Positions 47,301 to 59,359 of a stretch of 64,000 nt of DNA are shown piece after piece. How positions within the stretch are numbered: position 1 is the first letter of the stretch; each line of letters opens with the position of its first letter. Source of the stretch: a virus; the IMG/VR virus record IMGVR_UViG_3300000062_000001, positions 1 through 64,000 of that record. One strand, 5' to 3'. Position numbers and translations under genes: made by a program. The notes under the pieces are model-generated. The model saw only the letters and a program-made list of their open reading frames with translations. It was not told where the DNA came from and made no database searches.

Positions 47301-47585
47301 ATGGACAGAATAAATATTAGTGACTTAACTTCAGAAAGATATTTAACTTGGTGTAAGAAATATAAGAAGGAGTTGTTAAATGAAGATGGTTTTAAGAGGA
47401 AATTATTTCATAAGTTACACACTTCTGGTAATGGATATAAATTGATAGTATTTATTATAATAAAAGGTGTTCAAGTTCCTCTTCTAGAGATTATTGGTGG
47501 GGATGTAAATGTGTTAGAAGTATTTGATTATTTAGAAAATCATAGCTTAATAGAATTGTTTAAAAATTATAATAGGGAGAAATAA
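47301..47585 (+). CDS. hypothetical protein
   Basis: 94-aa ORF. Confidence 0.5.
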   Translation: MDRINISDLTSERYLTWCKKYKKELLNEDGFKRKLFHKLHTSGNGYKLIVFIIIKGVQVPLLEIIGGDVNVLEVFDYLENHSLIELFKNYNREK

Positions 47586-47586
47586 T

Positions 47587-47952
47587 ATGGATAAATATAA
47601 ATTGTGTGAAGAATATCAAGATGCTTCTATAGACAGTGAATATAATAATATACCTACTTACTGATGTAACTTTTGTAAGTCTTTAGCAATAGGATATTTT
47701 AGTAGTTCAATTGCTGGGGCCCCTACAAATTATTGTATGCACTGTGGGAGTACAGATGTTATTAAGGGGGATATATTTGAATGGGTTAAAATAACTAAAC
47801 CAAAGAAGAGAATATTTAAAAATTTAGTAGAGTACGAAGAATACAAAGCTAGAGTAACAAAGCAAAGAAATTACTTGGCTAAACGTCAGAGTGAAGCTAT
47901 AAGTAAAGAGATTAAAGAAGAGTTAGAATCTTTATATGTTTGAAAAGTATAA
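47587..47952 (+). CDS. zinc-ribbon protein, 121 aa with 2 in-frame TGA
   Basis: ATG 47587, with TGA at 47662 and 47941 in frame. W-CNFC...CMHCG cysteine pairs. Track ORF 47737..47943 is an internal piece. Confidence 0.5.
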
Positions 47953-47983
47953 TAAATAGAAGTTAAATTAAAATTAAATTAGA

Positions 47984-48322
47984 ATGGAAGAAAAAGAGAT
48001 GAAAGGAACAGAGGCTAAAATTAAACAGATGAATACTGTTCCACAAAGTCAACAGAAGTTAACTTATGAACAACTTACAGAGGTAGCTAATCAAGCACAT
48101 CAACAGGCAGAGATGTGGCAGAAAAGGGCTTATGAAGCTGCTTCAAAAAACAGTAGATTGGATATATTGTTTGGTGCATTGGACATGGCTCTTAAATATG
48201 AACAGGCAGGCCTGCATCCTTTTATTAGTATTAATAAGATGGCATCAGAATTAGAGGATATTTTATATCCTTCCAAAGAGATGGGAGAAGAGGAACCACA
48301 ACCTGAACAATCTGGAGAATAA
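47984..48322 (+). CDS. hypothetical protein
   Basis: 112-aa ORF. Confidence 0.5.
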   Translation: MEEKEMKGTEAKIKQMNTVPQSQQKLTYEQLTEVANQAHQQAEMWQKRAYEAASKNSRLDILFGALDMALKYEQAGLHPFISINKMASELEDILYPSKEMGEEEPQPEQSGE

Positions 48323-48327
48323 TAATT

Positions 48328-48714
48328 ATGGCAAAAGGTAATTCAGTTATTATTATTGATGCTAATAAACTGGACTTTTACAAAAACTTTCTTGATTTTC
48401 TCAGACCTATAAGTCCTATAAACAAGTTAAGGAATAAACAGTTATTAATATTAGCTGCTCTTCTTTATAAGAGGAATGATATCTCCAGTAAAGTGGTAGA
48501 TGCTGCTTTGATACCTAAGATATTATTCTCTACAGATGTAAGGGACTCTATAATTAAAACATGTAGCATATCTTTAATGAATTATTATGGGGTTATAGCA
48601 GTATTTAAAAAGCTTGGTATTATTGTTAATGGGGATATAAGTAAGAAAGTTATTCCAGAATTAGAGAATGATAAATTTACTTTAGTAATAGCTTTTAATA
48701 TTAAGGATGAATAA
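48328..48714 (+). CDS. hypothetical protein
   Basis: 128-aa ORF. Confidence 0.5.
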   Translation: MAKGNSVIIIDANKLDFYKNFLDFLRPISPINKLRNKQLLILAALLYKRNDISSKVVDAALIPKILFSTDVRDSIIKTCSISLMNYYGVIAVFKKLGIIVNGDISKKVIPELENDKFTLVIAFNIKDE

Positions 48715-48958
48715 TCTTGAAAAAGTATTTTCAGATGTGGCAGATAAACATAATACTTCTACAGATGTTGTTGAGGGGATTTATAATTCAATGTGAGCAT
48801 TTATGCGTAAAACTATAAAGGAATTACCTGATTTAAAAGGTGTATCAGAGGATGATATAAGTGACTTAAAAACGAATTTTTATATACCTAATTTGGGTAG
48901 GTTTTTTATAGACACTGAAAGAGTTAAGAAGAAAAGAAAATTTAAAAAATTACTATAA
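48707..48958 (+). CDS. hypothetical protein, 83 aa with 1 in-frame TGA
   Basis: ATG 48707, TGA 48794-48796 in frame, TAA 48956-48958 overlapping the next ATG. Confidence 0.45.
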
Positions 48959-49371
48959 TGATTATATTAAAAGATATTAAACCTTTAGGGGATAGTGTTA
49001 TCACTACAGGTAATAGATATAAGGAAGAGTTCACTTCAGGGGGCCTTTTGGATCCTTCAAAGTCGGGACAATTCAAACCCTACCAAACAGTGCTATATAT
49101 TTCAGAACAAGCTTCAATAAGAGGTATAAATGTTGGGGACATTGTAGCAGTAAACTTGTTTAATTACGCAAGACCTGTACAGAGGAAAGATTCATTGAAA
49201 AATGATGTAGATGAATATTATAATGCTTCTTATGCATATCATATTCCTACTATGGATATTAATAGTAAAGAATGTCTTGATTTGAGAATTTGTGATATTA
49301 AGTGTGTTATACTTGATATGACAGATACTGAGGACACTAAAACTAAAAAGAGTAAATTAATATTGAACTAA
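48958..49371 (+). CDS. possible GroES/gp31-like co-chaperonin
   Basis: DIKPLGDSVITT...TSGGLLDPSKSG...NVGDIVAV follows the Cpn10 pattern (KPLGDRV...GG...GD.V). Confidence 0.4.
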   Translation: MIILKDIKPLGDSVITTGNRYKEEFTSGGLLDPSKSGQFKPYQTVLYISEQASIRGINVGDIVAVNLFNYARPVQRKDSLKNDVDEYYNASYAYHIPTMDINSKECLDLRICDIKCVILDMTDTEDTKTKKSKLILN

Positions 49372-49420
49372 TTAATAGCCTTGCTTTAATTAATAGGGCA
49401 GGGCTTTTTACTTTAAAACT

Positions 49421-49663
49421 GTGGAAAACATAATAGAAGGAGTAGAAGATATATATTTGATGCCCCCTAAGTTTTATTTAGAGGTAGAAGATGTGATAGA
49501 TATTGAAAATATAATGCTTAGGGCTGCATTAAGACATGTAAAAGGTTTACCAGATACATTAGAGAGTGATAGAATAGAAGCAGAAATAGCAGAGTATAAA
49601 AAGGCTGTGATGCAAAATGAAACTTACATAAATGAATTTTTAGATGAAATTAATAGAATTTAA
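49421..49663 (+). CDS. hypothetical protein
   Basis: 80-aa acidic ORF with a GTG start. Confidence 0.45.
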   Translation: MENIIEGVEDIYLMPPKFYLEVEDVIDIENIMLRAALRHVKGLPDTLESDRIEAEIAEYKKAVMQNETYINEFLDEINRI

Positions 49664-50171
49664 AAACAATGAACTGACTATTGCAGATGAAGCTTATCAT
49701 ATCAGAGTATTCAAGACTCTTTGGGACAGAGATATTACCAAGGATAAGTCTAGAGCTTTGAGTACTTTTGGGTTTATGTACTTCTATCATCATCCCAATA
49801 GTGATTATAATTATATTATTGATGATGATGAAAAGATACAAGCCATACAAGAAGGGCTTGGAATTGATAACTTAAAATTTTTACAGGATAAAAATTATTT
49901 AAAAGCTGTAGAAGTTTACAAGAAAATGGTGGTTACTACTTCTAGTAAAATACTTGAAACTAACAGAAATAGGATGGAAAAACTTGGTAAATTTCTTGAC
50001 GATTTAGTAATAACAGATGAGAATATGAATAAATACACTAAAGCTATATCAGATATTAATAAATTAGGTGTAGAAATAGCTATGGCTGAGAAAGAGATAT
50101 TCAGGGATATAGAGGAACAGACTGCTAAGGTAAGAGGCAAAGTTGAATTAACAGTAGGAGATATGCTCTAA
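49644..50171 (+). CDS. hypothetical protein
   Basis: 175-aa ORF upstream of terL. A small-terminase role is possible by position only. Confidence 0.5.
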   Translation: MKLIEFKNNELTIADEAYHIRVFKTLWDRDITKDKSRALSTFGFMYFYHHPNSDYNYIIDDDEKIQAIQEGLGIDNLKFLQDKNYLKAVEVYKKMVVTTSSKILETNRNRMEKLGKFLDDLVITDENMNKYTKAISDINKLGVEIAMAEKEIFRDIEEQTAKVRGKVELTVGDML

Positions 50172-50428
50172 TGGAATTAGAACAATTAATAGATAGAATA
50201 AACTTAAAGATATCTGGATTGAATACATTACAGATTGAAAAATCTTTAGATGGTACCTGTATTTATTTGTGTAAAGTTAGATATCCCACAGAAGAAAGAA
50301 TATTACTAGGTGTATTTAGGTATGAAAATAAGGAAATATCTGTAGTAGATTATCTATTACAGATATTAATGACGCAGGTTTATAAACAATGGGAAAATTA
50401 TGACTTGGTTAAAGAGAATTATGAATAG
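50171..50428 (+). CDS. hypothetical protein
   Basis: 85-aa ORF. Confidence 0.5.
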   Translation: MELEQLIDRINLKISGLNTLQIEKSLDGTCIYLCKVRYPTEERILLGVFRYENKEISVVDYLLQILMTQVYKQWENYDLVKENYE

Positions 50429-50543
50429 TAACATGGGTATCTGAGGTTTAAGATGTCCTACATGTAATAGTACAGAAGTTACTGAATTAGAGCACAACAC
50501 TTATATATGTTTATGTTGTAATAAGATATGGAAGAAATTATAA
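50421..50543 (+). CDS. 40-aa zinc-ribbon peptide with 1 in-frame TGA
   Basis: MNSNMGI-W-GLRCPTCNSTEVTELEHNTYICLCCNKIWKKL, with two CxxC pairs. Confidence 0.35.
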
Positions 50544-52861
50544 AAACAAATAGTTATCAAACTAAGATAACTCAAGAATTGTTAGATAGTTTAGGAAAGG
50601 AGGTTCAAGAGGATCTCCTTTTTTATATTAATAATGTACCTTTTATACAGAGATTAATCTCTCCTTCTAGGAAGTATGCTAAAGACTTACAGAGAGATGA
50701 ACGGGGAAGAGTTTTTGTAGACATATCTAATCCTCACATATTAGAGAATATGGATTACTTTAGGGAATCTGCTATTCATTTTCAGAAATATGGGTGTTAT
50801 ACAAAACTTAAAATTAATACCAGTCCTAAATCTGAATATATGAAATGATTTAATAGAGAGTTAGACAGATGTTGAAATGGTATGATTAGAGAAAGTGATG
50901 GGGAATGAATACCTGGAGATTTATATTGGTATCTTAATTATACTATAATGAAACAAACTATAGATAAGAAATTAAAAGATGGTAGAATTATAGAGACTAG
51001 AACTGTGGATATTCCTAAAATGTGAGAAGGTGTTTATTGAAGATTTCATTATTTATATCAATGTAGATCTAGTAAAGCACATGGAGCAGAGGTGTCAAGT
51101 CGTGGAAAATCAAAAAGTTATGTTTTAGCTGCCATGTTATCAAAAATGATTTCTTTGGGTATAGATAATACTTTGTCTAAAAATAGAGCATCTTTAGCTG
51201 TAGCATCTAATAAGGATTATCTAACAAAAAGAGGTCAAGGAGTTCTTGAAAAATTTGAAGATAATATGGATTTTATTACTAAAAATACTCAATTTCCTTC
51301 TAATTTTTCTCAGGCCTCTTTATCTACTATGCAGTGAACTTGTGGTTGAGAGGATCAAGAAAAAATTAAAAGGGGCCCTCAAAATACATTAGCTGGTATA
51401 GCTATAGCTGATGATCCAGATAAATCTCGTGGGTCAAGGGTGGATTTACTTGTAGGGGATGAATTTGGGTGCTTTCCAAACTTTAGTGATTGGTGGGGGG
51501 CATCTATGCCTTCTGTACAAGACGGGGAAAAAATATTTGGATTATTATATGTTACGGGTACAGGAGGAACTGAGGGCACAGATTTTAGTGGTGCATTATC
51601 AATGATTTATTCTCCAGCTTCAAGAAATGTTTTGGGGGTTCCAAATGTGTATGATAGTGGTAGTAAGGGATTAAAAAACACAGTATTCTTTTTTCCTGCT
51701 TATGTTAACTACAATCCTTATTATGATGAAAACGGTGTGTCAGATGTAATAGGGGCTATGGTCAGTGAATTAAAACAACGCTATATTATTAAATATGAAT
51801 CTAATGATCCACTAGAACTTACTAAAAGGAAGGCTGAATTTGCATTTACTTTAACAGATGCAATAATGCGTAGAGATGGGACTATCTATCCAGTTGCTGA
51901 TTTAAATGATAGAATATTTGAACTTGATAATAATCCTGATATACTTAATAGAATGTATCAGGGTAGGCTTAATATGAATGATGGTGCAGTTTCATTTGTG
52001 CCAGATTTAGATTGTAAAGCTATACAAGAATTTCCACACACTAATAATAAAATGGAAGGTTCTGTATATATTAAAAATATGCCCGAAAAGAATAGTGATG
52101 GTAAAGTTCCTTGAGGTAGATATATTGCTGGGTTAGATCCTATAGAAATTGATGGAGAAGCACAAAGTCTATCTTTATTATCCGTATATGTGTTAGATTT
52201 ATGAACAGATGACATTGTAGCAGAATATACAGGAAGATATTTACATACAGAAGATGCCTTTGAAATAGCTAGAAGATTGCTTTTATTTTATAATGCAGAG
52301 TGTTTATATGAAAATAATAAGAAGGGATTTTATTCATATATGTTAAAATATAATTCATTAATGTTGTTGTCTACTACTCTGGATTATTTAAAAGATAAGA
52401 ATTTAGCTAAAGAAAGTTATGGAAACTCTTCATATGGATTTACTGCTACCGCTCCTATAAAGAGTTTAATCAGAAGACATGTTAGGGATTATTTACTAAA
52501 ACCCCATGAATTGTTTGTACAGACTACTGAGGGTGAAGAGACACAAGTTACTGTAAGTAACATTAAAAGAATTTGTTTTAGAGCGTTATTAAAGGAATTG
52601 AGTATGTGAAATGCTGATGGCAACTTTGATAGACATGATGCTTTGGGTGCTTTAATGTTGCTAAGAGAAGCTAAATTAATTTATTACCAAGGCGGAACAG
52701 GGCAGGATAGAACCAATGACAGGGAGTATTTAGGTAATGATAATTTCTTTACAGTTAACTATGATGAAAGAATTAAAAGAGAAACTGATGTTGTAAGGAT
52801 AATGAGGGAGATTGATAAGAAAAACGGTTGAAATACTTATTTAAATACTTCTGAAGTATAA
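50528..52861 (+). CDS. terL: terminase large subunit, 777 aa with 11 in-frame TGA
   Basis: Five track ORFs (50528, 51092, 51440, 52277, 52643) share one frame and are separated only by TGA. Walker A SSRGKSKS, Walker B VDLLVGDEFG, nuclease motif YIAGLDPIE. Confidence 0.8.
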
Positions 52862-52941
52862 ATGTTTCAATTTCTTTAATAGATATACAAGTAATTAAAT
52901 TTATAATTAAATTTGTATTTTAAAATAGTAATAGATAAATT

Positions 52942-55338
52942 ATGGAATATTTTAATGGTTTACCACCTCAAAAACTCTCCTATAGGAAAAAGAATAGGGA
53001 GTGGAGGGTTAAATGTGTGGATTGAGCAGACAGGAATTATCTGTTACATAATTCATACACTAGAAAGTCTTATAAGAATAAGGTTATAAATTATAATCTT
53101 ATAAATGGCATCCTTGACATGGAAGATGTTATGGCTGTCCTTAACCCTAATAATATAGTATCTTCATTATCTCCTGAAAGAATTCAGCATTACCCTATTA
53201 TGAACTCTAAACTAAATATTCTTAGGGGAGAAGAGTGGAATAGAAGATTTGATTACAGAGTAACTGTAACAAATCCTAATGCTATTACAGAGATACAAAG
53301 GGAAAAAATGGATTCTTTAATACAGGATTTACAATCTTGAATTACAGCAGATGCTCAAACTGAGGAAGATGCTCAGAGAGAGCTTGAGAAAATATCAGAT
53401 TATTATAAATTTACTTGAAAAGATATAAGGGAAGTAAGAGCTAGTTACTTCTTAAGACATTACAGCCGTGAATTAGATTTTGATTTAAAGTTTAATCATG
53501 GTTTTATGGATGCTATGATTTGTGGAGAAGAGATATATCAATGTGATATACAGGGTGGAGAACCTACTTTTGAAAAGATAAATCCTAAAAAGATTAAAGT
53601 TATTAGAAGTGGATTCAGTAATAAGATAGAAGATGCAGATATGGTTCTTTTGTGGGACTATTGATCTCCTGGTAAAATACAAGATGCGTTTTATGATGTG
53701 CTATCTCCTAAAGATGTGAAAGAGATAGAAGAAATGGCTGCTAATTTTGTATCTGATTCCATGGAAAACTTTGATGAAACAAGGAATTTTACTCTTATAG
53801 ATCCAGCAGGTGAATCTTATGGTGAGGGGGCTATTTTAGAGGGGAGATTAGCAATGTTTGGCGCCCCAATGTATGGTTTTAGTAACTATGTGGATAATCT
53901 TGGCAACATTAGAATTTTAAGATTATATTGAAAATCCTATAGAAGAATAAAGAAGGTTAAATCCTATCATCCTGAAACTGGGGAAGAAGAGTATAATTTC
54001 TACCCTGAAGATTATATTTTGAATAAAGATATGGGTGAAGAGGAGACTATATTATATATTAATGAAGCTTGGGAAGGTACTAAAATTGGTAAGGATAAGT
54101 ATGTAAATATGAGGCCCAGAATAGTTCAGTATAATAGATTGTCAAGTCCTTCGAGATGTCATTTTGGTATTGTAGGATCAGTTTATAATTTAAATGAATC
54201 TACCCCATACTCTTTAGTTGATACAATGAAATGGTTTAATTATTTATATGATGTTATTAGTGATAACTTACTGAAGTTAATCTCTACTAACTGAGGTAAA
54301 ATAATTAAGATGGATTTAGCAACTGTACCACAAGGTTGAGAAGTTGATAAATGAATGTATTATGCCAAGATAAATCATTTAATGGTTACTGACAGTTTCA
54401 AGGAAGGTAATAAAGGGGCTGCTATGGGAAAATTGGCAGGACTTATGAATAACCAATCCTCTGGAGTAGTAGATGCTGACCAAGGTAATTCTATTCAATA
54501 TTATATGAATCTTCTGGAATGAATTAAGCAGTCCATGTCTGAGATGGTTGGTATAACCAGACAAAGAGAGGGGGCTATATCTAACAGAGAAACTGTTGGA
54601 GGAGTTGAAAGGTCTGTATTACAATCCAGTCATATTACTGAGTATTTGTTCATGACTCATGAAAATGTTAAGAAGAGAGCTCTTGAATGTTTCATAGAAA
54701 CGGCTAAAGCTGCCATGAAAGGTAAGTCTTTAAAGTTTCAATATATTCTATCAGATGGTACTGCAAAAATTGTAGATATAGACGGGGATGAATTTTGTGA
54801 GAATGATTATGGTATTACAGTAGAAAATTCTAAATTTACTCAGGACCTTATAACAAAATTGGAAGGCCTTGCTCAAGCAATGGTACAAAATCAAATGATG
54901 AGTGCCAGTAGTTTAATCAAGATCTTTTCTGATTCTTCTACAGCTGAAATTATGAGAACTATTCAAGAGGATGAAAGGAATTTACAAGAAAGACAATCTG
55001 AACAACAAGAAGCTCAGAACCAGTTAATGCAACAAGAAATGGAAATGAAATCTGCTGTTGAAAATAGAAGACTTGATGTTCAGGAACAAGCTAATATAAG
55101 AGATAATGAAACTAAATTAATTATAGCTGGTTTATCTCAACAAAGTAATGAAGAGGGTTTAACAGAAGAACAACCCTTTGATTTACAAAAGAAGCAAGAC
55201 TTAGAAGAGAAAATTAGACAATTTGATGCTAAATTAAGTTTAGATAGGGAGAAATTTAATTTTGATAAAGACACAACTAAAGAAGAGTTGAAGTTAAAAA
55301 ATAAACAGATTAATAAACAATCTAACATGAAAAAATAA
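52942..55338 (+). CDS. portal protein, 798 aa with 9 in-frame TGA
   Basis: ATG 52942. Track ORFs 53119, 53698, 54019 and 54535 are in the same frame, joined through TGA only. The size, the position after terL and the C-terminal Q/E-rich coiled coil fit a portal. Confidence 0.7.
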
Positions 55339-56423
55339 TGGCAAGTAATAAATTAGAATTTGTACGTTCACATACAGCCCCTCCTACAGTTGAGGGCGCT
55401 GGCTGGGTGGATTTAAATTTCACTCCTCCAGTTGTGAAACAATGGACAGCCCAGGGCTGGGTTCCTCTAGGAAGTGGTGGTGTTCCAGAGCCCTGTCGTG
55501 TTCCTCCTGGAACTGCTGATGGGCAAGTACCTGTTTGGGATCAAACAACGCAAAAATATGTACCTGAAATTCTTTCAATACCAGGTAGTGAAATCTTTCC
55601 TCCTGGAAGTATATATAATTATTCTTCAAATTTAGCTTGATTACCTTCTAATATGGATGTGTCGGGAATGTCAGCTATGGATGTACTTACCCAAATTCTT
55701 TTTGGTTTTAATAATCCTGCTTTCACTTCTTTTAGTCTCTCTGGTAATACTACTTTAGAAGTAGGAGCAAGTATCCCAGCAACTAAAACTTTTACTTGGG
55801 CTGCTACTTATATGGCTAATATTAAACCTAACAGTACAATAATTAGAAATATAACTGATGCTGTCACTTTATTTTCAAATATTACTATAGGTAATCCTTC
55901 TGGTACAGGAACCTCAGGATCTTATTCTGGATCTTCTGCTGTACTTACAAAAAACAGTCCTACATCTGTAGTATTTAGAATAAGCCAAGAAAACACAAGA
56001 GATGTGGTATTTACAAGGGATTATTCAGTAAATTGGTTGTGGCCTATTTATTGAGGCGCTTGAGAGCAATATAATAATGCATGAAGCGCTGGTGGTGGTA
56101 CAGCGTCAAGTATTGTACCTACTTCTTCTGATATTATAGATGATAATAAGGTTTTATCAAATGTTGTCAATGGTCAAGTTTTTAATATGCCTGATGTTAC
56201 AGGTGGGGCTATACGATTTGTAGCTATTCCAGAGGAGCTCCCACAACTTAGAATGATGGTAGATAATAATAACACTATGCCTATAGTATTGAATGGGGGC
56301 TATGACCCAACTTCCCCCATGACTGTACCAATAACTAATAGTTTTGGACTTTCTCATAATTACAAAATTTATTGGACAGCAAATGTTTTAAATGGGTCTG
56401 TTCCTATGAGATTGGTAGTTTAA
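55338..56423 (+). CDS. tail/structural protein, 361 aa with 4 in-frame TGA
   Basis: Track ORFs 55338, 55653 and 56187 share one frame. GC-richer Pro/Gly-rich N-terminus. Shares the DVLT.IL.G...FTW domain with the next gene. Confidence 0.6.
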
Positions 56424-56458
56424 TTTATAATATTTCTTTAACTTTTAATTAAATTTTT

Positions 56459-57865
56459 ATGGCAATTGATTTTAATCAAACAGTAAAATTAACTGGGGGT
56501 ATTTCCCCCACAAGTCCACTTGATACTTATGCTTCACACTTTGAAGATTTTGGTTATGGTGGTTACAGAACAGTAGCAGATATAGCTGAAAGAGACGCTA
56601 TAACTCCAGCTAGAAGAAAAGGTGGCATGTTAGTTAATGTGCTTAGTGATGGTAAAAAATATGAACTTGATGGGGATTTAACTACTTGAACTGAGTTAAT
56701 TCTAAGTGGAAATACAGATTTTAAAACTGAATTAGATTTAACATATGCAAACGCCGCTGCTGGGGTTTATAATATAAGTCAACTTCTTCTTAATGGGGTC
56801 GTTTATTACCCTGCAACGTTCACTACAGCAGAATGGACTGAGGTAAGAAATAAATTAAGAGGTCAAATGATCTCAATGCGCTTTCTTGATTCTGATCCGA
56901 CAGCAGAGAACCCTATTCGTATTAGTCTTGGGTCCTCGGATGTAGCTGTGACACTTCTTAATAATATTCCACTATTGACTAGTGATATTCTTGTTAGTCC
57001 AGTTGTATTTTATAGTTGTCATATTCAGACATCTTATGCTAGTTTTATAATGTTAAAAACAGCTCCTATTACAGGTGGTGGGGATATATTTCCATCAACA
57101 CCTGCAACTACTAATTTTACAGTAGGAGATTTTCCAGCTGGTAGTACAATAGGAGATAGGTCTTTAATAGATGTGTTAACAGACATATTAGTTGGTTATC
57201 CTCAACCCACCCTGACAAGTCTTAACTTCACAGGTAGAGTTGCTACTATTGAAGTAGGTTCAGTTATTGCTGCTAATAGAAACTTTACATGGTCTATGGC
57301 CAATGCAGATAATATGGATTCTGCGAGCATAAGTATTTCTGGTCCTGGTGGAGTAGTTCAGGGAACGGGTATTACTGGAGTAAATGGAGCTAACACTTAC
57401 CTCTCCACAACTCCTGCAATCAATACTACAGATACTCCTGCAACTTATTCATTTGGTATCTCAGGTACAAATACCAAAGGTGCCACTATAACAGGTTCGG
57501 GCGTAAATGTAGCAACACAATATAGATTTGGATATGCAGCTTTGGCTACTGATGGTGGTTTAGTTACAGCAACTGATATTAATGATTTATTATCTGCAAC
57601 AGGAACTCTTAGAGCTACTCCTGTAACTAATATAAGTTTCCCAGCAAATCCAGTCAGTCCTTATAAATACTTTGTGGCTCCTGCATCTTTTCCATTGACC
57701 ACAGATAACTTTAAAGAGGGCAGTGCTTCAGGCTTCCCATATGCTATGGTTAAAGTAGCTGATAATGTCCCTGTAGTTAGAAATGCAAACGCTACAGTGA
57801 ATTACCAAGTTTGAAGATCTGCTAATGCAGTGAATGGGGCGACAGTGCTCTATGTAGTAGCTTAA
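56459..57865 (+). CDS. tail fibre protein, 468 aa with 2 in-frame TGA
   Basis: Track ORFs 56459 and 56867 share one frame. The N-terminal module VKLTGGISPT...GYGGYRTVADIAERDAITPARRKGGML is paralogous to the N-terminus of 57922. Confidence 0.6.
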
Positions 57866-57921
57866 TAATAATCTATAATAAAGGGGATTAATTTCCCCTT
57901 TATTTCAATTAAAATAATAAT

Positions 57922-58578
57922 ATGGCAGATATAATAGGAACAGTAAAATTAACAGCTCAAATATCTCCTACTGACACTTTAGACAGTTTTCCTACCCATT
58001 CAGAAATTTGAGGGCAGGGTGGATATGGTTCTGTTACTGATATAGCTGAATTACATAATATAACTCCTCAACGTAGGAAAGAGGGGATGTTACGATATGT
58101 CCTTACTGAAGATACAACCTATCAGTTAAAGGGGGGCATAGACAACATAAACTGGGTGGAAGCCTCTTCTACAGGAGGTGGTGGTGTAGATCCTGTACCA
58201 ATAGGAACATTTATGTTCGGTATATTGGATATAAGTATGGCTCTGCCAGCTGGACTAATTAGGTGTGATGATGGTACAGTTTATAATAAAATAGATTTTC
58301 CTGAATTAGTTACTTTAATAGAGAATGAATCTTTCTTTCATAGTATAGATGCAAACACATTTGAATTTGTGAATATTCTAGATGAAGAGACTTGAATTAA
58401 GGCTAAAAGAATAAAAATTGGTGGTTCTGGTAGTGATATTGATGTAGTACAATCTACAGGACAATCCACAGAAGATGTGATGTCTCAAAAGGCTGTTACT
58501 GATGAATTAGATAAAGTAGAGCAATTAATAGGTGATATAAATACTGTGTTGGATTATGTTAATGGTTTAATAATATAG
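57922..58578 (+). CDS. tail fibre protein paralogue, 218 aa with 2 in-frame TGA
   Basis: ATG 57922. N-terminal module VKLTAQISPT...W-GQGGYGSVTDIAELHNITPQRRKEGML, with a C-terminal coiled-coil-like end. Confidence 0.6.
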
Positions 58579-58580
58579 AT

Positions 58581-59339
58581 ATGGCAACAGCGGATAAATT
58601 AGAATACTTAATAGTTGGTGTTGAGGATGCATGATTAGCTTGTCAGGAATTAGGAGCCACTTTACCTCCAATTAATCCTTTAACTGGTGGCAGAGATATA
58701 GACCTCTTGGGGGCTACTATAAGAAGCACTAATACAAGACCAGATTGATTACCCCCTGGCTATATGCAATTATTGTATTTAGAAAGTACAAGATCACAAC
58801 ATGTGGACACTGATATATTAAGTACTAATGGAGTGCATCAAATAGTATTAGATGTATTAATACCTTCTACAGTAACATCGAATACATCGATAGTTGGTTC
58901 AAGGGGTGATTCTCCTACAAGAAGATTTGGTAATTTATATATGACAGGAAGTCCAATACATATAGGTGCTTACGTTGGTCAATCAAGTAATATTATGGGT
59001 TATACTCCAACTATAGATGAAAGATTTACACTTGATTATATAGTAGATGAGCCTAATCAACATTTTGAAATGTCTATAAATGGTATATCAATTGGTAACG
59101 ATACATATAATGGTAGTGCTATTACAGGTTATCCACTGTTTATATTTGGCGCGAATTTAAATGGTAATGTTACTGAAAGAAGTGCTACCAGATTATATAG
59201 TTGTAAAATGTATATAGATGGTATATTGGTAAGAGATTTATGACCAGTATTAAATGATCAGAATGAGCCTTGTTTGTATGATAAAATAAGTTTAAGGACA
59301 TTTCTTCCCATTGGATCTGGTATAAAATTTGGATTTTAA
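58581..59339 (+). CDS. structural (tail-associated) protein, 252 aa with 3 in-frame TGA
   Basis: ATG 58581, with track ORF 58764..59243 as the internal piece. Confidence 0.55.
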
Positions 59340-59359
59340 CTATAATACAATAATATAAT

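Noticed and set aside
11529-55338. Inteins in the polymerase, RNR, helicases, TerL or portal.
   Set aside because: The conserved motifs of these proteins are collinear, with no large in-frame insertions carrying splicing-junction residues. The interruptions found are nucleic-acid introns with their own stop and start codons.
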